In this document: in pieces, positions 1 to 9,252 of the stretch | Numbering within the stretch: the stretch's first letter is position 1 | Layout: each line of letters starts with the position of its first letter | IMG/VR virus record: IMGVR_UViG_3300044675_007236 | Direction: 5' to 3' (one strand) | Length of the DNA: 64,000 bases | Source: a virus | Taxonomy: Duplodnaviria; Caudoviricetes | Made by a program: the position numbers and the translations under genes | The notes under the pieces: model-generated | The model's database searches: none | Told to the model about the DNA's origin: nothing | The model's input: only the letters and a program-made list of their open reading frames with translations

Positions 1-65
1 CGCGCAAAGCTCCATGCCTTGTACCTTATTTTCAATCGCCTTAAATTGGTCCTGTGTTAAATTTT

Positions 66-3000
66 TCATTTTTTTCGCCTTTGTTCGTAAGGTGGTGGTG
101 GGGTCATATCACGTTTAAGTCTGGGTTTTGTGTTAAAAACCACGGACCTGTCGTCACCAGCTTTAGCCGGTTCACTGTAATGAAAAACGCAGCCTTCGAC
201 AATGCCCTGGCCCAACGGTAAACCGTATTTTTTTGCTTCAGTATCCGTTACTTTCTCGCCCCAGTGCGTCATGACCTCACCTTCAATTCCAAGATAATAG
301 GGTCCTGAACCTGTGGGCTCACCCTCCCTGTCGCCGGAAATGTAAGTTGGATAAATCGGAACTGATTTTCGCATGTAAGTCGGCAGCACGTACTCGCAAA
401 CATGTTTGACATATTTGTACGGCACCTCAAGCAAGATCGCATCGTGAACCTGCAGCAAAAGCCTGAACATATCGTGTCCTTGTTTTCGCTGCTTGTCGCG
501 ATAATCCATGATGTAGCCTAGCGCTCGGCTTACTACGGAAGCAATCATGCTTTGGATTGGAAAGTTCATGGCTTGTCGTTCAAACTCAGCTGCAAGATCA
601 CTTGCACCCGAGCTGTCTGGAAACCGTCTAAACCGTCCAAAGCAATTGCAAAGATATCGTGGCACTTCAACTGGTTGTTGATTTTCATCCAGGTAATAGC
701 CGCGAGCTCTTTCCTTGCAACCTTCAAAAAACGGAACAAGGGCTGGGTACGTGTTGAAGATAGTTTTAATTACGGCTTTAGCTTCATCTACCGTAATGTC
801 AATACCTTCCTCTTTTGCGGCGATCGAGATAGCCTTGGCTCCTCGCCCGTAAGCAATACCGAAAATAACAGACTTGGCTACAATGCGTAGGTGTGTTTTT
901 TCAATGGACTTAAGCCCTGTTTTAGTGGGGGCACACTTCAGCCTAAACGCATTAACAGCTACATTTGAATGTATGTCGTAAAAATCAGGATGATTCTCTG
1001 GTAGCTGATTACGCTTAGCATGGTCAATCATGTTAACATCGCCAGCCATGACCGCCATTCCAAAAAGTTCAGCGCCGACATAGTCCGCCTCAACAAGCAC
1101 ATAACCTGGCGAGGCTTTCAACAAGCTTCTTAGTTTGTATTTGTACCTAGATTTAAGCAGCCGTTTGAAGTCGTCGTCGCGTTTTTTGGATATATTTTGA
1201 AGATTAGGCCTGGCACTTGACCATCGACCTGTTTCCTTAGTTTGATATATGTGCGTTCGTACTTTTCCGTCCGAGCAACAAGCCGCGGCTAGCCCTTTAT
1301 CGTACTCCATGTTGCCGTCGTCGTCGTAACAAACTTCTTTAGTGTCCTCATCGATTGAGGGTGGCCGTAAAACCGTTTTTAACGCTTGATCCAGGAAACG
1401 ATAATCTCGGATCAATCTAAGCAACGCTTGCTTATTTTCGTCCTTTATCTCCTGTGCAAGGATAGGAAGAATCTTATTGCTGGTAGACGGATTATGTTGG
1501 CTTTCGACTCCTTTTTGTCTGATCTCCTCCCATGGTTTAGGCGGTTTGCTTGTGTCGTAAAGCGGCATCAAATTCAACGATTTGGCGTCCGCAGGTCTAA
1601 CCCTAACCGGTGCTCCAGTTTCTTTGTCTCGTTTGCCGTTTAGTTGGTGCCCAAACAAAGCTTCTCGAAGATGAACAAGAGACCTGATATTAAAATCAGG
1701 CCAGTTAAAACTCTTTCGAATCTTTGCTTCGATTTCGTTTCTACCGTCTACAAATTGCACCGTCAAAAAGTCGACTCTGGCTTTATCGAGTGTTATGCCG
1801 TTTCGGTGAATATCCAAAACAGCAGGCGTGGCTATTTGAGATTCCCAGAAAGCTTCACGGCAGCAGTTACCGTCGTAGTCGCTATCAAGCATGGGATTGA
1901 ACTTGTAGTACAGCCTAAGTGTGACGTCCGCGTCCCACATGCCATAAGGTAAAAGCGTTTCGTTTGGACATTCGCCGTAACCTTCCAGCTCTTCAGACGA
2001 CAGCCCGTGCTTTTTACAGTACGTTGTTTTCCACTCCTGCAACGCCGTATCGTACCTTGGAGCGTTTAAGTAACGAGCTGCGAGCAGCTCAAGCTTGTAT
2101 TGAGCTGTCTCCTCAATTGCGTGACACATAAGTCCCGTGTCTGCCCCGCCTTCGTACTTAGTTCGGTACCAAGCAGGAACAGTAGAACCAGGCTCAAAAC
2201 CGTCAGCAAAATAGGCATTAAATAATGCCTTACTGCCTTTTGGTAGCTTGTCTAATTGCGGTAGCTCGAGATCGTAAAGCTTACATGAAAAACACTCCTG
2301 AATGTCAATACCGTATCCAACTAGCCACTCCAAGTCAGCGTTAAAGAAATGCCCGACAACCCGCTTTCGTTTAAATTGTAAATCAAGCTTTTGTCCGTCT
2401 TCGCGTGTAACTGTTACCTTACCACCTTTGAAAAAAGTAGTCAGAAGAGCAGCTATCTCTGGATCGTTTAAAACGTCCAGTTCCTCGTTTATCGCACCGC
2501 CTGCGTGATGCAGAATAATACCGATAGCTTTTTTAGGTTTCCAAGCTAGCTGTATAGTTCGCATGTAGGAGCCTTTGTTAACCCCGTGCGAACCGTGCCA
2601 TTCTGCGTCGACCGCAATAACTTCTTCGATCGAAATGTACTCTTTATCTATTTCAGTCAAGTAGTAAATCAGCTCGTCAACTGTACTAACTACATTGTGC
2701 TGAACGGTCGTATCGAAGCTTACGTCTTTGCCGCTTGTGAGATTTACAAACGAAGCAATTCCAGTTTCTAAAGATCTAATTGCAGACTGATCTCTGATAG
2801 TTTGCCGTGGATGCACAACAGTCATCACGGCAGCTTCTGACCAGCTATCCGCTACGCTCTCTTTATCTAACGCTGTGTTGTATTTGTACTTGACGACTTT
2901 ACCTAGCATTTCGTTGACGCCGTGTCCGTCGCCAAGAAGAGCCTTACTTGCGTCAGTTCCAAGACAAAGAATAAAATCCGGTCTAACTATTTTGATCTCG

Positions 3001-3569
3001 TGAGCAAGTAGATAAGCACCGTCTTTTACCCACTGCGCTCTAAACGTCGTTTTACCGTTTGGAGGCATAAACTTCACAAGATTGGTAACATAAATGCTAC
3101 CAATGTTAGGAAGCTTAAACTGCTCAAAAAGTTTGAGCAACATTAAGCCGTCTTCGTCCGCAAAGCACCGTTTTTGATTAAGGGCCGCACCCCATGGATT
3201 TTTGTTAATGATCATTATCTTGGCCGGTCGAGGGCCAGCAACGTCAGCCCCCCACAAGTGCCCAGGAAGAAACTTTACGTCTTTCGTTTGATGTGATGCT
3301 ATTTCTACCGGCAAAACAAACGAAGAGTCTCGCAAAGCACTGCGGATAAGCTCGTACATAAACGAGTCACTAGCGTCGCCTCTCGCTTCAGCGTGTTGTG
3401 TAAAAGCACTTCCACCGTAAAGCGTAGGTAGTTCCGGCGAATCTAAAGGATAAATTGCAGAACTAGTTCTAATTTCTGCTAACTTGTTCAGCTTGAATTG
3501 CTGTGACTTGACATTAGAACGATTAAGAACGTTTACCGTCCCACCTAGTTTTTGTATTTTTCTAGCCAT
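66..3569 (-). CDS. Family A DNA polymerase with N-terminal uracil-DNA-glycosylase-like domain and 3'-5' exonuclease (SPO1-like architecture)
   Basis: PolA motifs TGRWSSARPNLQNI, LVEADYVGAEL, RIVAKSVIFGIAYG, AMNFPIQS, LLQVHDAILLE; exonuclease AVDAEW / FNADLEW / YGMWDAD; UDG family-4-like YVTNLVKFMPP and VHPRQTIR in the N-terminus. Confidence 0.95.
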   Translation of the reverse strand: MARKIQKLGGTVNVLNRSNVKSQQFKLNKLAEIRTSSAIYPLDSPELPTLYGGSAFTQHAEARGDASDSFMYELIRSALRDSSFVLPVEIASHQTKDVKFLPGHLWGADVAGPRPAKIMIINKNPWGAALNQKRCFADEDGLMLLKLFEQFKLPNIGSIYVTNLVKFMPPNGKTTFRAQWVKDGAYLLAHEIKIVRPDFILCLGTDASKALLGDGHGVNEMLGKVVKYKYNTALDKESVADSWSEAAVMTVVHPRQTIRDQSAIRSLETGIASFVNLTSGKDVSFDTTVQHNVVSTVDELIYYLTEIDKEYISIEEVIAVDAEWHGSHGVNKGSYMRTIQLAWKPKKAIGIILHHAGGAINEELDVLNDPEIAALLTTFFKGGKVTVTREDGQKLDLQFKRKRVVGHFFNADLEWLVGYGIDIQECFSCKLYDLELPQLDKLPKGSKALFNAYFADGFEPGSTVPAWYRTKYEGGADTGLMCHAIEETAQYKLELLAARYLNAPRYDTALQEWKTTYCKKHGLSSEELEGYGECPNETLLPYGMWDADVTLRLYYKFNPMLDSDYDGNCCREAFWESQIATPAVLDIHRNGITLDKARVDFLTVQFVDGRNEIEAKIRKSFNWPDFNIRSLVHLREALFGHQLNGKRDKETGAPVRVRPADAKSLNLMPLYDTSKPPKPWEEIRQKGVESQHNPSTSNKILPILAQEIKDENKQALLRLIRDYRFLDQALKTVLRPPSIDEDTKEVCYDDDGNMEYDKGLAAACCSDGKVRTHIYQTKETGRWSSARPNLQNISKKRDDDFKRLLKSRYKYKLRSLLKASPGYVLVEADYVGAELFGMAVMAGDVNMIDHAKRNQLPENHPDFYDIHSNVAVNAFRLKCAPTKTGLKSIEKTHLRIVAKSVIFGIAYGRGAKAISIAAKEEGIDITVDEAKAVIKTIFNTYPALVPFFEGCKERARGYYLDENQQPVEVPRYLCNCFGRFRRFPDSSGASDLAAEFERQAMNFPIQSMIASVVSRALGYIMDYRDKQRKQGHDMFRLLLQVHDAILLEVPYKYVKHVCEYVLPTYMRKSVPIYPTYISGDREGEPTGSGPYYLGIEGEVMTHWGEKVTDTEAKKYGLPLGQGIVEGCVFHYSEPAKAGDDRSVVFNTKPRLKRDMTPPPPYEQRRKK

Positions 3570-4662
3570 CTATCTTCTTCCAAGAAACTTTGACACCTTG
3601 TTTAGCCGCTTCACTGGCAATGTAGTCGTAAAGAAAAGCTTGCTCAAAATCAGCCGGGTCGGTGTCGTCCGGCAACCATACCGAACAACAACCACCAGCT
3701 AATTCTGCTTTTAGCCGTTTTTCTGTTTCCATTAAATTTTCAAGTACTTTAGCTTTTTCTGCGTCTTTACGTACGTCTGGGTCGAGCAAAAATACAACGG
3801 AATGATTTTTAAAACTGGCTGCCAGCAGTTCAAACTGCTTTGTGGTAACAGACGCACCAAGTATTGCACCAAACGAGTCGCCGCCCCGCCAAACACTGGT
3901 AACACCCTCAACAACAATTCCGGTTTCACGTTTTCTCATGTTACCAAAATTATAAATTACTTGTCGTTTAGGTGTTCCTCTTGCGGTGTAGTATTTAGGA
4001 ACGCTTGCCAGTTTCCAATCGATGTCAAAAGGAGCTCTAGCTTGAAATCCAACCATCTTTTTGTTCATGTAGATCGGAATAATTATACGTTTACGGCACA
4101 AAGCATGACTACTGTTTTCGCACCAGTGCACGTTATAATAAACACCAAGCTTTTTTACATCGAATCCACGAATACTAGTCAACCAAACAACAGCTTGGTG
4201 ATCTTGAGGTAATTTGTCTATTCGAACAACTTCTCCGGGCCAGCTCATTCTAAATGAATCAAGATCTACTTCTTTACCCTCTACGACTTCCGCTTTTGTT
4301 AAATCAAAAAGTTTATGCCCGGTAAGCATCACTTCAAGCCGATCGTAACATTCTTGTTTTTTTAGCGATAGCGGACAACCTGCGTTAAAACAAACAACAA
4401 GCCTGTTTTGTATTCTCTGATACTCATCGACTGTTCCATATCTGTGATTAATCAAACATCGAAATCGCGTGTCGTTGCAAAACGGGCAGCAGACGGCGTA
4501 AGTCTCCCCCCAGTTTTGAATGTCAACTGTTTCTTTGTTAGTTAAAAAATCAATGCGACGCTTTCGTTCTTGTTTCTCGCTTGAATTTCCTATTCTTACG
4601 TTTTTGAAAGTCGCTTTAATTCTGTTGTAAAGAAGTAAATTTAAAGGTTTGTCTGCCATCAT
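3562..4662 (-). CDS. DNA primase (Zn finger plus TOPRIM)
   Basis: CCPFCND Zn-ribbon, RIIIPI..VGFQAR, KYY, IVVEGVTSV and LLDPD TOPRIM motifs; lies between helicase and polymerase. True start is probably the MADKPL or MSA codon near 4659. Confidence 0.88.
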   Translation of the reverse strand: MMADKPLNLLLYNRIKATFKNVRIGNSSEKQERKRRIDFLTNKETVDIQNWGETYAVCCPFCNDTRFRCLINHRYGTVDEYQRIQNRLVVCFNAGCPLSLKKQECYDRLEVMLTGHKLFDLTKAEVVEGKEVDLDSFRMSWPGEVVRIDKLPQDHQAVVWLTSIRGFDVKKLGVYYNVHWCENSSHALCRKRIIIPIYMNKKMVGFQARAPFDIDWKLASVPKYYTARGTPKRQVIYNFGNMRKRETGIVVEGVTSVWRGGDSFGAILGASVTTKQFELLAASFKNHSVVFLLDPDVRKDAEKAKVLENLMETEKRLKAELAGGCCSVWLPDDTDPADFEQAFLYDYIASEAAKQGVKVSWKKIDG

Positions 4663-6356
4663 GTCTGCTCTTGTGTTTCATTTGCTTCGTCATAGGAATT
4701 GTTAAAATCAAATTCGTCATCGACATCAGAACCATCAGCTTCCGTATTTTCTTCAATACTTGGTATAAACCCATCAATCGGTGGTGCAACAATTTGACTG
4801 TCAGCAATACTTTCTTTTCGAACTATTCGACCAAGTCTGTCAATTGTGTAACCTTCGGGCGACGTCACAGTGTTAAATAGGCCATCTACTTTAAGAAGAA
4901 CAGGATTGTGTTTTCCAGCTCGTCGCTGCTTAGAACAAGTAAGCTGACCCATGTAGTCGTCATTTAACCTACTACCTGCAAAACAGAAAGCGAAGTTTTC
5001 TCCGAAGCTTTTTGAACCTTTTGCCTGTGTGTGATCCATTCGTTTTGCTGGATTTAAGATAGCGTTGGCTTCGCCCGATAATTGATGAAAGGCCCAAACA
5101 GGGGTGTTAAAAGGCATAGCAATCCTGTTAACAAGGTTTAAGCCAGCTAGCTGATACAAAACGTCTTCCCTTTGTCTTTGCTTCGGGTCAACCGTCACAT
5201 CTCGCTGTACCATCAAGCCTACATAGTCCAAAATAACGGTAGCTACAAAATAATCAGGACCACATCGCTTTAATTCCGTTTTTATAGCCGAAGCTATCTC
5301 AGGAACACCGCGGTTTCCGGCAGTCTTGAACTTCTCGTGTCTACCGGTAAAGTCGAGGCAAACAGTGTGCTCGTTAACAATCGGCAAAACACGTTGGTAC
5401 CTTTGCATTTCAGGTTCAAATACACCGTTGGCAATCTGCTCCTTAAAAAGTACTTTTTCGTAATCGTTTGGTTGTTCTGGATCAGTGCCGAATATTGAAA
5501 CACCGTTGGTTCCCATCACTTGCAATCGTGTGCGAGATATTTGAGCTGAGTACATCAGCAACCTATCTCGAAGTTCGTTTTGCAGTGGAGCCTCGTAGGA
5601 AACTAAAACAGCCAAACCTTTTTTACCGTTCGATTCACCGCTTAAAAACCTAGCAAAAGCTTGTTTCGCAGCCGCGTACCACAGCATTACAGCCAGCGTG
5701 GTCTTGTACGAACCAAACGGAGCTAAAATAGCGTACGCTTCACCCGGAGCCGTACCGCTGTCAAGAAACGTATCAAGAAAACCAATACCGCACGATGTCA
5801 AACTTACATTTGCACGCTGATCCCAGCCGTCGGGCAAAGTTAAATTTCTACCGCCAGATATCGACAAGCCCATCAACGACTCAGTCTGTGCTGATGCTTG
5901 CTCGAAGATAGCAGGTAACTGCCCTATATCATCTAGGTCCCGTAGCTTGGCTATTGCAAGCTTCTTTTGCTGCTCGAGCAAAAACTTAGTCGCAAACTTG
6001 AAAGCAAACGATTCTGACTTTGAACTCTTTGGACCTTCTTGATCTTTAAACAAGTCAGGATCGAAGGCGTAGTAAAGAAAATCGTCTAGCTCGTCGTACT
6101 CTTCGGTATCTAGTTCCAAAAAGCCTTTTTCAATATAGCTAGCGACATCCGCATTAATCTGCGAAAGCTCAGGAAGACAGTTGTTTTCGTTAAAATAATC
6201 CCAAACCACTTTGTAAAGTAACTGATACCCTACAAAATCAAAATGACCCGCAGTCAGGCTCGATCTGAAACTTTCAAATACCTGTTCGTTTCTGAACAGA
6301 ATTGCCAGAAAAAGTTTCAAGTGAGCGTCTGACAGCGTCGATTGCTGCCCACTCAT
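4659..6356 (-). CDS. DnaB-like replicative helicase
   Basis: Walker A-like APFGSYKTT, SYEAP, VILDYVGL, AFHQLS, KQR arginine finger; adjacent to primase. Confidence 0.8.
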   Translation of the reverse strand: MSGQQSTLSDAHLKLFLAILFRNEQVFESFRSSLTAGHFDFVGYQLLYKVVWDYFNENNCLPELSQINADVASYIEKGFLELDTEEYDELDDFLYYAFDPDLFKDQEGPKSSKSESFAFKFATKFLLEQQKKLAIAKLRDLDDIGQLPAIFEQASAQTESLMGLSISGGRNLTLPDGWDQRANVSLTSCGIGFLDTFLDSGTAPGEAYAILAPFGSYKTTLAVMLWYAAAKQAFARFLSGESNGKKGLAVLVSYEAPLQNELRDRLLMYSAQISRTRLQVMGTNGVSIFGTDPEQPNDYEKVLFKEQIANGVFEPEMQRYQRVLPIVNEHTVCLDFTGRHEKFKTAGNRGVPEIASAIKTELKRCGPDYFVATVILDYVGLMVQRDVTVDPKQRQREDVLYQLAGLNLVNRIAMPFNTPVWAFHQLSGEANAILNPAKRMDHTQAKGSKSFGENFAFCFAGSRLNDDYMGQLTCSKQRRAGKHNPVLLKVDGLFNTVTSPEGYTIDRLGRIVRKESIADSQIVAPPIDGFIPSIEENTEADGSDVDDEFDFNNSYDEANETQEQT

Positions 6357-6367
6357 GACGATTTCCT

Positions 6368-7210
6368 TTAAGCGTCTCTGGCTGATTCAACCAAAGACAA
6401 AGCCAATTTTTTAAACCTTGAAGACAAACTAGCACCGTAAACCGAATTGTAAATTTCCGGAAAAACAGTGTAGTCAAAAGCCGCCAAAAATTCTAAATCG
6501 TCTGCGTACTGTTGCATACGCAAAAGAATAGAATCTAAGTTCACATCGGCTTTACGCTTGTCTTCTTCCGCTTGAAGTGTACTGACCGCTAAACAATAAC
6601 GAAAAAGCGGCGATAACTCCAAACGAACATCAAGTAAAGAACAATATACAGCTGAAGCCATAGGCTGCCTAGCCCCTGCGGCTGCAGATGTTCGAAGAAG
6701 TATTTCAGTTTTTGCTCTGTGTGAATCCGCTATAAATTTTGCCTGCACACGTCTAAAAGCGTCTTTAGCAAAATCCGCGACGACTGTTGCGTTATTTTGA
6801 GATGCCAATTGCAAAACAGTCGGCGTTGGTAACGAACTAGATCGCAACGAATAAAACAAAATCCGCACGTATTCAATAGGTGTTTTAGGTTTTGAAATAT
6901 CCGCCACCTTCTGATAAGCAACCAACCACTGGTTCTTTTTTGGCTTTTCTTCTGGTGTGTTGTAACGGTTACCACCGTCCAAGCTTTTAGCTGGATTGTA
7001 AACTTGCGAGGCAGAACTGAGCCTACACAAATCCAAAACACGACGCTCAAGTACGTAAGTTTTCTTAAAAAGATCTACGTAGACTGGAATTTCCGGTTGG
7101 TCGCTGAAAGTGACGCAGGCAGGCCTAGCTGTCGCTGACGGTTTAGGCTGCTTTGAAAATGTCATTCGTATTCCTTCTCCAGCTGTGGATTTTGAAACTT
7201 CTGTCTCCAA
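6368..7210 (-). CDS. Hypothetical protein in replication operon
   Basis: 280-aa ORF, co-oriented and tightly packed between the helicases; no motif recognised. Confidence 0.6.
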   Translation of the reverse strand: METEVSKSTAGEGIRMTFSKQPKPSATARPACVTFSDQPEIPVYVDLFKKTYVLERRVLDLCRLSSASQVYNPAKSLDGGNRYNTPEEKPKKNQWLVAYQKVADISKPKTPIEYVRILFYSLRSSSLPTPTVLQLASQNNATVVADFAKDAFRRVQAKFIADSHRAKTEILLRTSAAAGARQPMASAVYCSLLDVRLELSPLFRYCLAVSTLQAEEDKRKADVNLDSILLRMQQYADDLEFLAAFDYTVFPEIYNSVYGASLSSRFKKLALSLVESARDA

Positions 7211-8670
7211 CCGTGTTTTCTGTAAACTTTCATACGACCTTTTGTGTGCCGATTAAAACCACTGTCCCAGCCGTCAAGATAGTCGTGAATAACACCGCTA
7301 GCTTTGCCTTCAGCGATGCGACTAACGCGGCCTGGAATTTGCGTGCTGTCAATTTCACTGCTGCCGCCGTTTCCACGTATAAGTACAGCTAAGTTGTTAA
7401 ACGAAACACCTACATTCCAAACAGTCGTAGCAATCACTTTTTTCAATTGACCTTTTTCAAACTGCTGCGTGAGCATCTTCTTACGTGTAAAATCCATAAG
7501 CGGTTCTTCGGAACTACAAAACCCTTGTTGCTTGTAGGCCTGGAGCTCTTGCGGTTCCAGCCCATTGTCAGCATACACCAAAGTAAACTCAGGCAACAGC
7601 TTTTTCAAATGAAAAGCGTGAATAATGGTATCTACCGTAATAAGTACTTGCGTATCTTTATCGTAGCTCCTGGCATCTTGTGCGATCAAAGCGTTGCGAC
7701 CGTCGTTTTTCCACAAACCTGCACGTTTTCGTTTAACTTTTTCGTCCGTGTCTATACCGGCACAGGGATTGTAGTCCAGCTTTACGTTTGTCCAATGCAC
7801 TTCAATAGGAACAACCAGTCCCGCCCCCTGGGAAGTCTGGTAATCCACACGATAAATTATCGGCCCAAATATTCCCTCTAATCGCAAATCCTTTCCATCA
7901 AATCGAGCATCGTGCGAAGCTGATAATCCGTAGTTTCGACTGTTTTGCCAGCGAATAAGCTCTTCTGAGGCGTTATCCGCTGCAAGTTCATGGCACTCGT
8001 CTCCGATAAGAATATCGGCGTCCGCCGGACTGTGCTTAAGCGAACCAGCCGTGTAACACATGACTCGTCGGTTTTTAACCTTGTGGCCGCCACCTACAAT
8101 GCCGACGTCACCAACCATGGAAGTAAGCTCGTTGTAGATTCTATCACAAAGAACAGGCACACGCCTGGAAACGATATCAATCCTAGCTTTAGGAAAAACT
8201 GACGCAATAATTCCTATCATAAACGATTTACCGAAACCAGGAGCACAGTCAATTCTACCGCAACTATTGTTGATGACTGCCTGCAAAAACTCAGGTTGAT
8301 GTTCTCGTAACGTGTAATCTTTGATGTTCTGCATGTAAAGCTTGAATCGATCTGGCTTTTTTACCGTGGTAGTATCGACAAAGCTAACTTTGTAGCCCGC
8401 AGCTTTAAGTGTTTTAGATATGGTTTTCCAAAAACCAAAAGGTGTGGCTATTCGTCCTTTATGATCTAGCTCAAACAAAGTGTGGTGGTCGATTGCAAAT
8501 GGCTTTTGTCCGCTTCTTTTAGCCTCGTAAAGCTCTTTTCCAACAAGTTGCCTATACGAGTCGAAACTAAGCTTTGGCGACAATATAGCTTCTATTTTGT
8601 CATCTGGAATTAAAGGATCAACAAGCAAAAAATTACCGTTTTTACGTAAAACAACTTCTTTAGCCATCAT
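7162..8670 (-). CDS. Superfamily 2 (UvsW/XPB-like) helicase
   Basis: CAPGFGKS Walker A, DECHE (DExH), GLSAS motif III, VIATTVWNVGVS and QIPGRVSR motifs; start placed at MMAKEV (8670). Confidence 0.9.
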   Translation of the reverse strand: MMAKEVVLRKNGNFLLVDPLIPDDKIEAILSPKLSFDSYRQLVGKELYEAKRSGQKPFAIDHHTLFELDHKGRIATPFGFWKTISKTLKAAGYKVSFVDTTTVKKPDRFKLYMQNIKDYTLREHQPEFLQAVINNSCGRIDCAPGFGKSFMIGIIASVFPKARIDIVSRRVPVLCDRIYNELTSMVGDVGIVGGGHKVKNRRVMCYTAGSLKHSPADADILIGDECHELAADNASEELIRWQNSRNYGLSASHDARFDGKDLRLEGIFGPIIYRVDYQTSQGAGLVVPIEVHWTNVKLDYNPCAGIDTDEKVKRKRAGLWKNDGRNALIAQDARSYDKDTQVLITVDTIIHAFHLKKLLPEFTLVYADNGLEPQELQAYKQQGFCSSEEPLMDFTRKKMLTQQFEKGQLKKVIATTVWNVGVSFNNLAVLIRGNGGSSEIDSTQIPGRVSRIAEGKASGVIHDYLDGWDSGFNRHTKGRMKVYRKHGWRQKFQNPQLEKEYE

Positions 8671-8775
8671 ATAGCCCATTGTAAACAAGAGATTTTCAAG
8701 TAGAATAGCTATAGCTGCGACGACAGCGAAGCCAATTACCATCTGAGCCTCACAACTCAGATGGTTTTTTTTTGT

Positions 8776-9252
8776 CTAATCCGAAGTTTTGTTTTGTCTT
8801 TCAAACACGTCGACAACTTCATAATGCCCATACTCGCCAGGCTTCCAAGGTGATAAACCTTTGTACTTGCCTGCAATGGTCATAAGCTGAACAAACACGT
8901 CCGGCAAAAAGCCAGTCGGTAAAACAAAAGCAATCGTAGCAATCTGGCCCGGCACTATTGATTCGTGAACGGAATAACGTTCTCTGCCGACTGCATTCTT
9001 GTAGTAAACTCTGTGCCATCTTTTTTCCCTTAGTTCAACGTCGATTGCAGTGTCCCAGTGAATTTTCTTTACTGCGTCTTGATGCGACGAAAGTAGTTTC
9101 GACGCCATTACCATGTTCGATCTATGCCATGTCGACAAAAACAAAATCTTGTCTGTTAGGTTTCTGGCAAACAAAAATCGACCAGACTCCTTGTCCTTAG
9201 CATTACCCAAACAAGGCGACGTAAATCGTATCTGAACGTTGTAATCTTTCAT
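8776..9252 (-). CDS. Putative solo RAMP/Cas7-like protein
   Basis: N-terminal VQIRFTSPCLG, internal ERYSVHESIVPG and C-terminal Gly-rich loop AGKYKGLSPWKPGEYGHYEV follow the RAMP pattern (beta1-TP..G; G..R..G.G.F.V). Recognised by eye only. Confidence 0.45.
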   Translation of the reverse strand: MKDYNVQIRFTSPCLGNAKDKESGRFLFARNLTDKILFLSTWHRSNMVMASKLLSSHQDAVKKIHWDTAIDVELREKRWHRVYYKNAVGRERYSVHESIVPGQIATIAFVLPTGFLPDVFVQLMTIAGKYKGLSPWKPGEYGHYEVVDVFERQNKTSD

